Source: a virus
Length of the DNA stretch: 64,000 nt
Reading direction: 5' to 3' (one strand)
IMG/VR virus record: IMGVR_UViG_3300018080_008188
Location: 70,082 to 134,081 of that record
The notes beneath the pieces were generated by a model, which was given only the letters and a program-made list of their open reading frames with translations, was not told where the DNA came from and made no database searches. This document shows, piece by piece, positions 56,239-64,000 of the stretch. The translations under genes were made by a program, and so were the position numbers. Within the stretch, counting starts at the first letter, position 1. Every line of letters starts with the position of its first letter.

Positions 56239-56278
56239 ATATGACAACCCACCATCCATCCACAGAAAAGGACGGCAA

Positions 56279-58252
56279 ATGAAAGTCATCATGAACAGCA
56301 AAGAAGGAAAAAAAGACCGCGAGAAGGATTCTGGCGGACAGGACGTGGTATCATTCATCGACGGACTGCAGCAGGAGGACAATCTCGAGCAGTGGTCCGG
56401 AACCCTTCGCGAATATCTGCCAATGGTTATTGAGGATCCGAAGCTGAACGATTCGGCTCACGCATATATGTGGCGGATGATTGCCGGCGCCGGCATCGAA
56501 TACGACAAGGATGATGAAAAGAAGGAAAAGCCGAGATACAAGTTTTTTGAGTCGGAGCTGTTTGGGATTGACGACACCATCAGGGAAACAATGGAGTATT
56601 TCGATTCAGCCGCTCGAGGGTCCGATGTCAGCAGAAGGCTTCTTCTCCTGTTTGGTCCAACGAGTTCAGGCAAGTCGGAGTTTGCCATACTTCTCAAAAA
56701 CGGTCTCGAAAAGTTTTCGCGCACCCATGAGGGGCGTGTGTTCGCAATAGACGGATGCCCCATGAACGGAAATCCGCTGTGCGCCATTCCCAAGCATATG
56801 CGTTCCAAGATCAGGGAGCAATACGGCTTGCACATAGAGGGCGATGTTTCGCCACCCATACAATGGAAAATCGACAACGAACTGGATGGAGACTTCTGGA
56901 AGCTGCCTGTCAAGAGGATCTTTTTCTCCGAAATGAACCGCGTCGGCATCGGAACTTTCCAGCCCGCCGATCCCAAGAACCAAAACCAGTCGGAACTTTC
57001 AGGCTCCCTAAATTACGCCCGCGTAACCGAATACGGCTCCGAAGCGCATCCGCTCGCCTATGATTTCAACGGGGAACTCAACATCGCCAATCGCGGACTC
57101 ATGGAATTCATTGAGCTGCTGAAAGTGGACCGCAAATTCAGGTACATTCTGCTGACCCTTGCCCAGGAAAAAAGGATCAAGTCGGACAGGTTTCCGCTTG
57201 TCCATGCTGATGAAGTGCTCCTGTCCCATACGAATGAGACAGAATACAAGAAGTTCCAGGCGCAGCAGGAGGAAGAGGCTCTGCACGACAGGATTATCGT
57301 AACCAAGTTTCCGTATAATTTGGTTCTGAACGATGAGATCAGAATCTACGAAAAGTTGATTTCGCGCACGCCGGGCTTTCAAAGCGTTCATATTGCTCCG
57401 CACACGCTGTGCGCGGCTGCCATGTTTGCAGTCCTGTCCCGGCTTGAAGACCCGAAGGATGTCAACATTGGTGTTCTGAAGAAGATGCGCCTTTACAACA
57501 ACGAAGATGTCGACGGCGTTTCCGACGAGGACAAGAAGCGGCTGCGCCAGGAAGCTGAGCGGGAGGGTATGGAGGGCATAAGCCCGAGGTATATCATCAA
57601 CCGCCTTGCCGTATGCTTTACAAAGCATGGAGCGACATACATCAGTCCCATCGACGCTTTGCGCAGCATCAAGGACGGATTCAGCACCAACGCAAAGCTG
57701 GCCAAGGAGGATATCGATGGGTACGAAGACCTGATATCCAAGGTTATCGAGGAGTACAACAAGATTGCGCGCAATGAAGTACAGAAGGCCTTTTTTCTGA
57801 ATTTCGAGGGCGAGATCAAGAATCTTCTCAACAATTACATCGACAATGCGTTGGCCGACCTCAATGAGGACAAGGTCAAGAATGAGTGGGGGGATTTCGA
57901 AGAGCCTGACTACCGCCTTCTCAGGAGCGTCGAGGAGAAGATCGGCATCACTGAAAGCGGAGCCGAGGCGTTCCGTCAAGAGGTAACGCGCAAGATGCTA
58001 ACTGCAAAGGCTGAAAATGGAGAGTACGACTACCGTGCCCATGCCCGTTTGCGCGAAGCCTTGCAGGAGCAGCTGTTTGCCGAGCGCAGCGATGTTATCA
58101 GGCTGACGGTGTCCGTGCGCAATCCCGATCCGGATGCACTCAAGAGACTCAACGAAGTCATCAAGACTCTTGTTGATCAGCATGGCTACACTCCTGAGAG
58201 TGCCAATGAACTGCTCAGGTATGTAAGCAACATAATGAGCAGAAACAGCTAA
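56279..58252 (+). CDS. prkA: PrkA/YeaG-family AAA+ serine protein kinase
   Basis: FFESELFGID, LLLFGPTSSGKS, GELNIANRGLMEFIELLK, HTNETEY, EALHDRI, PYNL, HIAPHTL, EGMEGISPRY, HGYTPESANELLRYV. Confidence 0.93.
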   Translation: MKVIMNSKEGKKDREKDSGGQDVVSFIDGLQQEDNLEQWSGTLREYLPMVIEDPKLNDSAHAYMWRMIAGAGIEYDKDDEKKEKPRYKFFESELFGIDDTIRETMEYFDSAARGSDVSRRLLLLFGPTSSGKSEFAILLKNGLEKFSRTHEGRVFAIDGCPMNGNPLCAIPKHMRSKIREQYGLHIEGDVSPPIQWKIDNELDGDFWKLPVKRIFFSEMNRVGIGTFQPADPKNQNQSELSGSLNYARVTEYGSEAHPLAYDFNGELNIANRGLMEFIELLKVDRKFRYILLTLAQEKRIKSDRFPLVHADEVLLSHTNETEYKKFQAQQEEEALHDRIIVTKFPYNLVLNDEIRIYEKLISRTPGFQSVHIAPHTLCAAAMFAVLSRLEDPKDVNIGVLKKMRLYNNEDVDGVSDEDKKRLRQEAEREGMEGISPRYIINRLAVCFTKHGATYISPIDALRSIKDGFSTNAKLAKEDIDGYEDLISKVIEEYNKIARNEVQKAFFLNFEGEIKNLLNNYIDNALADLNEDKVKNEWGDFEEPDYRLLRSVEEKIGITESGAEAFRQEVTRKMLTAKAENGEYDYRAHARLREALQEQLFAERSDVIRLTVSVRNPDPDALKRLNEVIKTLVDQHGYTPESANELLRYVSNIMSRNS

Positions 58253-58254
58253 AC

Positions 58255-59427
58255 ATGGACAGTTTCAAGGATATTTGGGACCTTCGAAAACCCGGCCGCC
58301 GCGATTCGTCGCGGCACCGGGAGAGGGTCAGGAAAGCCATACGGGAAAATCTTCACGACCTCATATCCGAGGAGAGCATTATTTCTTCGCACGGAAACAA
58401 GAAGGTAAAGGTGCCAATGAAGTACCTGGATCTTTGGAGGTTCAAGTACGGCAAGAACAGCGGACGAAAAATGGTTGGTCAAGGGGATGGCGACGAGGGT
58501 GATGTCATTGCCAAAGAAGGGAGCGGCAATGGACGCGGTCCCGGTCAACCTGGCAATCAGCCTGGAGAAGAGGTTTATGAAGAGGAGGTGGAGCTGGAAG
58601 AGGTCGTCGAAATGATGCTTGAAGACCTTGAACTGCCATTTCTGGAGGAGAAAGAAAAGCAGGTCGAGATTGAGACGGAGGAGGAGGTTTTCCAGGATAT
58701 TGCCGAGAAGGGTTTGCCAGCCAATGTTGACCGGCGGCGCACGCTGCTGCAGAACCTGAAGCGTAACGCCATGTCTGGCAAGGCATTCATCGGGGGGCTG
58801 AATAACGACGATTTGCGATACAAAGTGTGGGACAATGTTATAGAGAAGCATTCGAACGCGTCCGTAATTCTTATCATGGACAGGTCGTGGAGCATGTCGT
58901 CTGAAAAGAAATATATCGTAAAGTCTTTCTTTTTCTGGATGGTGAATTTTCTTCGGCGCAAATACAGCAGAACCGAGCTTGTGTTCATAGCCCACGATGT
59001 TGTTGCGCGGGAAGTGCCGGAGGAAGGCTTTTTCCAGATGGCGGACGGAGGGGGCACCAAAATTAGCTCCGGTCTACAGCTGGCTAAGGAGGTCATTGAT
59101 ACGAGGTTTCCCCCAAATGTTTGGAACAATTATGTTTTTTCATTTTCAGACGGGGAAAACTTTGGCGACGATAACAAGCGGTGCGTATCGCTGGTCAAGG
59201 AGCTGCTTGGAAAGTGCCAAGCCATAGGCTACGGCGAGGTACAGTTCAACGAGGAATTTTACAATTGGGCGGGATGGGGCGGACATTGGTCGACGCTGAT
59301 TGAGGAGTTCCATGAAGACACGGAGTTGTCTGCAAATTCGCATTTCACCACGGCGACAATCGTAAAGCGCGAAGATGTATACGGATGCCTGAAAAAGTTC
59401 CTTGTGATCGGAGAGGATGAAAGATGA
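58255..59427 (+). CDS. yeaH: YeaH/YhbH (DUF444) VWA-domain protein
   Basis: RHRERVRKAI, EDLELP, DDLRY, IMDRSWSM (MIDAS-like), VFIAHD, GGTKISSG, WNNYVFSFSDGEN. Confidence 0.92.
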   Translation: MDSFKDIWDLRKPGRRDSSRHRERVRKAIRENLHDLISEESIISSHGNKKVKVPMKYLDLWRFKYGKNSGRKMVGQGDGDEGDVIAKEGSGNGRGPGQPGNQPGEEVYEEEVELEEVVEMMLEDLELPFLEEKEKQVEIETEEEVFQDIAEKGLPANVDRRRTLLQNLKRNAMSGKAFIGGLNNDDLRYKVWDNVIEKHSNASVILIMDRSWSMSSEKKYIVKSFFFWMVNFLRRKYSRTELVFIAHDVVAREVPEEGFFQMADGGGTKISSGLQLAKEVIDTRFPPNVWNNYVFSFSDGENFGDDNKRCVSLVKELLGKCQAIGYGEVQFNEEFYNWAGWGGHWSTLIEEFHEDTELSANSHFTTATIVKREDVYGCLKKFLVIGEDER

Positions 59428-62129
59428 TCGACAAGCGCATGATGGACATGGAACGCCTTGCAAGGGAGCAAGGTCTTGACCCGTTCCCGGTTGTGTTCGA
59501 GAAGGTGACGCCAGACACGATGTACAATGTCTGCGCATACGGTCTTCCTACCAGGGCGCGCCACTGGAGTTATGGCAGGTCGTGGGACCATCAAAAAACG
59601 CATGGGCAGATGGGCTTATCGAGGGTATACGAAATGATTATCAACAACAATCCCTCGTACGCGTTCATGCTGGATTCCAACACAGCGACGCAGGACCTGT
59701 TCATAGCGGCGCACTGTATGGGGCATTCGGACTTTTTCAAGAATAATGTGCTTTTCAAGGACAGTGACAGGGGCATGGCGCGTCATGCCGCCGAGCATGC
59801 AAACAGGATAGACCAATACATCGAAGAATACGGCTTGGATGCAGTCGAACGCATGATGGACATAGCGTTTTCGCTTGACAGGCATATCGACTTCCACAAG
59901 GGTCAGTTTAGGCAAAAGTACGGCAAGCGCAAGATCGTCACACGTAAAAGGCATGTAAGGGAGTTTGACGATCTTCTTCGTCCAAAAGCCGGTCCAACTT
60001 TCGTCAAGGAGATAGTCAATGCCACCCTGCCTCCAAGACCCGAAAAAGATCTCATGTGGTTTTTGATCAATTATGCTCCGATTGAAGATTGGGAACGGGA
60101 CATTCTTGATATGGTGCGCGAAGAGGCTTTTTATTTCTATCCGCAGGCGATGACTAAGATACTTAACGAGGGATGGGCGTGCTTATGTCCGGATTCGTTG
60201 GTGTTTTCGCCAGAAAACGGACTTGTGCCGATACAGAATGTTGCTGACGATGCCCTTCCCGTCATGGACAGGTCGGGAAAAAAGCAGAAAGTGGTTGATA
60301 GATTTTCGGGACGCAAAAAGTGCCTGACTGTAAAGACAAAGCGCGGTTTTTCCGTTTCCGGCGCCGAGCGTCACGGCGTGCTTGTGTGGGACAGGCGTTT
60401 GAAATGGAAAATGCTGAAGGATTTGAGTCCAAAAGACAGCCTTGTTTTGCCTACTGGTCAGGAATGTTGGAGCAACAAGCTCGCAAGCCTTCCTGAGGTC
60501 AAAATGTCCGGCAGGGAAAGGGAAGGGTTTGTTTTTCCGCGTTTGCTTACAACGAAAGTTGCCAAGTTCTTCGGCTATTATCTTTCCGAAGGCCATATAG
60601 GAAAAGACCGTGAAATTATCCTCACCAACGGCGACCGCGGAATTGTGGAAGACATGGTGTCGTGCATCAAGGATGTTTTCGCGTATGAGGCAAACAAAAG
60701 ACAAGACGGCTCCAGATACAGGGTTTCCATATGCTCAGCCGGTTTTGCTGCGCTTGTTGAAGAAATGTTCGGAAACGGGTCAAGAAACAAGCATATTCCG
60801 CAAGAACTCTTAGCTTCTCCGAGAGAAGTTGTTATCTCGTTTTTGTCCGCGGCGTTTTCGGGCGATGGCGGGGCTTATGAAGATGGGTGTGTGCTGGCTC
60901 TTAGCACCGGCGTCAAATCTGTTGCCAGCACAATCCAGTTGCTTCTTTTGAATTTGGGGATTGTTTCTTCCATCTCAACATGTAGAAAATATGGATACGA
61001 GGATACATACCAGGTTTGGATAAGCGAGGCGGTTGGCAAGGAGCTTTTTTCAAGATACATGAATTCAAGCTCGCCGCAAAAGCAGGCAGCTCTTGATTCC
61101 ATGGTTTCTGCGAACAGGAAAAAGCCAATTTACAAATGGTCATATAGCCTGGATAAAAAATCGCTTTCTGAGCTGAATAAAAGACTGTCCGGAACAACCC
61201 AATCGGAGCAGAAGAAAAGCGGTCTTAATTTGTGGAGAATAAACAGCAAAAAAGAAATTTCTTTGTTCCAGATTTTAAGTCTTGAGGAAATGGGGATTTC
61301 CATTGATTTTCTAGGCATCGACAAAAGCTGGATATTGGATCGGGTCGACAGCGTTTCTAAGCCGTATATGTCGCAGGTGGTTGACATGACTGTCGAAAAT
61401 GTACATGAATACCAGGCTCAAGGTTTTGTAAACCACAATTCGTATTGGCACGCTGAGCTGATGTACTTGCATCCCGGGGTCAAGCCTGAAGAGCAGATGG
61501 AATTTGCCAGAACCCACGAGAAAGTCGTGCAGCCCGGCGGCAGCATGTTCAGAATTAATCCTTATTACTTGGGATACAGGATTTTCAAGGATATTGAAAA
61601 GCGCTGGGACGAGAAGCATAAGAATGGCGAATCGGAGCTTACGGGAAGGCAGAAGATGTTTCAAGTCAGAAGGGAAGAGGACGACATATCTTTTCTGCGC
61701 AACTATTTGACTGGAGAGCTTGTAACCGAGCTGGGGCTGTTCACTTTCGGCGAAACGGACGAGGACGACGACCGAAACCAGGATGGAGTTATACTGTACG
61801 AAATCAAAGAAAGAATGCGCGACGAAGTTGTGGAGTCCCTGGTTCGCCCCATGTACAACAACTATGCCCCCAAAATAGTCATAACGGATGCCAGTTCTGA
61901 GAAGCTGGTAATGAAGCATAGGAGCCGCGAGCTGGGCACTTTGGATTTCAAGCACGCGGAGAAAACGCTGGAACACATTTGGGAGCTATGGACCGCGCCC
62001 GTGGAACTGCACACTATAGACGACGAAGGCGAAAAGGTTGTCATAACTTTCGATGAAACCGGCATTTCACATCAAAGCGAAGAAGAGGAGCTTGAACTCT
62101 TCCTTGAGCTTGATGAGGATGGGGAATAG
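59424..62129 (+). CDS. spoVR: SpoVR/YcgB-family protein containing an intein
   Basis: YGLPTR..HWSYG, YEMIINNNPSYAF, AHCMGHSDFFKNN, YFYPQAMTKILNEGWA|SYWH, NPYYLG, DISFLRNYLT. Confidence 0.93.
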   Translation: MIDKRMMDMERLAREQGLDPFPVVFEKVTPDTMYNVCAYGLPTRARHWSYGRSWDHQKTHGQMGLSRVYEMIINNNPSYAFMLDSNTATQDLFIAAHCMGHSDFFKNNVLFKDSDRGMARHAAEHANRIDQYIEEYGLDAVERMMDIAFSLDRHIDFHKGQFRQKYGKRKIVTRKRHVREFDDLLRPKAGPTFVKEIVNATLPPRPEKDLMWFLINYAPIEDWERDILDMVREEAFYFYPQAMTKILNEGWACLCPDSLVFSPENGLVPIQNVADDALPVMDRSGKKQKVVDRFSGRKKCLTVKTKRGFSVSGAERHGVLVWDRRLKWKMLKDLSPKDSLVLPTGQECWSNKLASLPEVKMSGREREGFVFPRLLTTKVAKFFGYYLSEGHIGKDREIILTNGDRGIVEDMVSCIKDVFAYEANKRQDGSRYRVSICSAGFAALVEEMFGNGSRNKHIPQELLASPREVVISFLSAAFSGDGGAYEDGCVLALSTGVKSVASTIQLLLLNLGIVSSISTCRKYGYEDTYQVWISEAVGKELFSRYMNSSSPQKQAALDSMVSANRKKPIYKWSYSLDKKSLSELNKRLSGTTQSEQKKSGLNLWRINSKKEISLFQILSLEEMGISIDFLGIDKSWILDRVDSVSKPYMSQVVDMTVENVHEYQAQGFVNHNSYWHAELMYLHPGVKPEEQMEFARTHEKVVQPGGSMFRINPYYLGYRIFKDIEKRWDEKHKNGESELTGRQKMFQVRREEDDISFLRNYLTGELVTELGLFTFGETDEDDDRNQDGVILYEIKERMRDEVVESLVRPMYNNYAPKIVITDASSEKLVMKHRSRELGTLDFKHAEKTLEHIWELWTAPVELHTIDDEGEKVVITFDETGISHQSEEEELELFLELDEDGE
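60180..61439 (+). mobile_element. Intein (420 aa) with LAGLIDADG-type endonuclease in SpoVR
   Basis: CLCPDSLV start after NEGWA; VVDMTVENVHEYQAQGFVNHN end followed by Ser; FGYYLSEG and FLSAAFSGDG motifs. Confidence 0.92.
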
Positions 62130-62130
62130 C

Positions 62131-62673
62131 ATGCGCACAGTATGCATAACCGGGCATCGCCCGGACTCCTTCATTGTGTCACACTATTCTGTTGAAACGG
62201 TACAAAGGATAGCAGACGATGTCGCATCCGTCCTGAAGCGCGAATATGGTGATGAGCTGCAGTTCAATCTCGGCGGGGCAATCGGAGCGGACCAGTGGAT
62301 GGGTGCGGCGGCAATCGAGAACGGCATCAGGTATAATTTGTATCTGCCGTTTCATCCGTCGATACAGGCTCGTCACTGGAATGCGGCGCAAAGAAGCGAA
62401 TTGGACAGGCAGATAAAAAGCGCATCTGGAATATTCATTACAGATCCGGACGGAGATTACAACCCCAAAAGGTACTTCGAAAGAAACATCGCTATGGTCG
62501 ACAATGGAGACTTCACAGTGGCGTTCTGGGTCGGGCGCCGCAGAGGCGGAACATTCAACGCCATGAAGTATTCATTATCCAAATCCAAATTCGTATTCAA
62601 TGCGCTGGACGGATTCCGCCCGATTTTCAAGCAGGACCTTGAAGCCGGATGGACTCCTGAGCATATGCGCTGA
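62131..62673 (+). CDS. YspA/DUF1273-like SLOG-family protein
   Basis: ATG 62131; VCITGHRP, GGAIGADQ, LYLPF, RNIAMVD, GGTFN. Confidence 0.85.
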   Translation: MRTVCITGHRPDSFIVSHYSVETVQRIADDVASVLKREYGDELQFNLGGAIGADQWMGAAAIENGIRYNLYLPFHPSIQARHWNAAQRSELDRQIKSASGIFITDPDGDYNPKRYFERNIAMVDNGDFTVAFWVGRRRGGTFNAMKYSLSKSKFVFNALDGFRPIFKQDLEAGWTPEHMR

Positions 62674-62682
62674 GGTGTTCCA

Positions 62683-63297
62683 ATGTCCACAAAATCGTTA
62701 AAGTGGAATAAGTACTTTGTCACCAATGACGAAGCGCTTGAGATGATAGATGGGTGGAGAAATGCGGACTCCGCCGGCAAAAGTAAAATAGAGACAAAAG
62801 TGGTTTCTCGCCTGTCCTATCTGGTACAGTCGCGAATCAAAAGGCACAAGGGAAATTCGTTCTATGACGATCTTCTCCAGGAAGGAAAGATTGGTCTCAT
62901 GAAGGCCGTTCACGATTTCGATTCCGATCGCGGCACGAATTTTTTCAAATTTGCTACATGGCATATACAGACTCGCATTAGGCGCTTTCTGATGAAGGAG
63001 GTTTGTCGCTCGGAGTTTCCTTCAGGTCTTCATGTACATGATTCGGCGCAGCCAGAATTCGATGAGATGCTTGAGCGCAGCCAATCCGTTTCTATGGCCA
63101 TGCGATGTTTGCCCGAACGCGAAAAAGTTGTCATATCCATGAGATTTGGAATGTCGGGCGATTCGCCGCGCACTTTGCGCGAGATAGGGGAAAAGCTCGG
63201 CATATCTCGGGAACGCGTGCGACAGATAGAGATGAATGCGCTGCGCAGGTTGGGAAAAAGTCCAAGCATGATTTGCTTTGCGCAGGATGCTCGGTAG
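62683..63297 (+). CDS. Sigma70-family RNA polymerase sigma factor (regions 2 and 4)
   Basis: DDLLQEGKIGLMKAVHDFD..RG..F..FATWHI; LPEREK.VI..RFG..RTLREIGEKLGISRERVRQIE. Confidence 0.92.
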   Translation: MSTKSLKWNKYFVTNDEALEMIDGWRNADSAGKSKIETKVVSRLSYLVQSRIKRHKGNSFYDDLLQEGKIGLMKAVHDFDSDRGTNFFKFATWHIQTRIRRFLMKEVCRSEFPSGLHVHDSAQPEFDEMLERSQSVSMAMRCLPEREKVVISMRFGMSGDSPRTLREIGEKLGISRERVRQIEMNALRRLGKSPSMICFAQDAR

Positions 63298-63308
63298 GGG
63301 GCGCCGAT

Positions 63309-64000
63309 ATGGACATGACATATCTCGTCGGTAGCGAAGAGGAAACTGTGGGGCGCATACTTGCGGACGAGAAGCTCGCGAATTGCGGTCTTGGAAAAAG
63401 AAAAGTCACCACCTCGTTGCGCAGTTTTGGAGGGGACGAATTTGCGTGCTCGGTGTTTCTGAAGAAATATGCGCTCAGGGATGAGGACGACCGCATTTTG
63501 GAACTCACTCTTGACGAGGCGAAGCGCAGATGGGCAAGTGAAATAGCAAGCGCCGAGAAGCCTTTGGCCGACAGTAGTGGCAAGGGAAGCCAGGTTGTCA
63601 GGAACAGTCGTTACTTTTACAATCTTTACGAATATTTCCTGCCAGCGGGGCGTCAGATGTATGCCCTTGGCAACCGGTTCATCAGGGGAGCATCGTACTC
63701 CAACTGCTATGCTACGGAGCTTGACGACAGTCTTGAAGGCATCATGGGCGCCGCATACAGGATTTCCAAGACATATGCGTATGGCGGAGGCCAAGGACTG
63801 TGTATAGGTCCGCTGCGTCCGCACAATTCAAAGGTGTCCAACAGCGCCAGGATGTCCACCGGCGCTGTCAGCTTCATGGACCTTTTTTCTGTCGTGACTG
63901 GGCTGATAGGCCAGCATCATCGCCGCGGCGCCATCATGATTACCATACCTGTCGACCATCCGGATGTCGAGTTGTTTGTGAAAGCCAAGTCGGATGAAAA
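63309..64000 (+). CDS. nrdJ: Class II (adenosylcobalamin-dependent) ribonucleotide reductase, 5' part; runs off the window and is absent from the ORF track
   Basis: Manual translation: FGGDEFACSVFLKKYALRD...FLPAGR...SNCY...DSLEGI...GGGQG...LRP..SKVSN...STGAVSFM...RRGAIM...DHPDVELFVKAK. Confidence 0.85.
   Translation, partial: MDMTYLVGSEEETVGRILADEKLANCGLGKRKVTTSLRSFGGDEFACSVFLKKYALRDEDDRILELTLDEAKRRWASEIASAEKPLADSSGKGSQVVRNSRYFYNLYEYFLPAGRQMYALGNRFIRGASYSNCYATELDDSLEGIMGAAYRISKTYAYGGGQGLCIGPLRPHNSKVSNSARMSTGAVSFMDLFSVVTGLIGQHHRRGAIMITIPVDHPDVELFVKAKSDE

Noticed and set aside
1-64000. CRISPR arrays, tRNA/rRNA genes, IS elements, reverse transcriptase/DGR
   Set aside because: None seen by eye. 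Intergenic spaces are at most about 150 nt and contain no repeat-spacer or cloverleaf pattern. A tRNAscan/Rfam run would be needed to exclude them formally.

Overview
This window reads as part of a large (jumbo-type) myovirus genome. It is gene-dense, almost entirely on the + strand, and uses the standard genetic code. It has four modules. (1) 852-34714 is a contractile-tail operon: sheath, two paralogous tubes, a tail chaperone with a -1 frameshift, a tape measure protein, baseplate hub/spike/gp25/J/gpI-like proteins with large insertions, and a fibre-like protein carrying a dockerin. (2) 34841-48140 is a 13-kb glycan cluster: several glycosyltransferases, three methyltransferases, a sulfotransferase-like protein, and GDP-fucose synthesis (fcl, gmd). 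(3) 48245-56124 holds a tubulin/FtsZ-family GTPase, an intein-containing SF2 helicase, a DnaC-like loader and DnaB. (4) 56279-64000 holds a complete prkA(yeaG)-yeaH-spoVR(ycgB) triad with an intein in SpoVR, a SLOG/YspA protein, a sigma factor and the start of a class II ribonucleotide reductase. The best candidate for a new system is a phage-encoded virion-decoration pathway. The glycan cluster shares an upstream motif (CTATCAATA-N6-CAT) with the sheath operon. A D-G-Y tripeptide occurs 17 times in six tail proteins but not in the tubes, tape measure, hub or spike, as a modification sequon might. All assignments come from motif reading by eye; no database searches were run.
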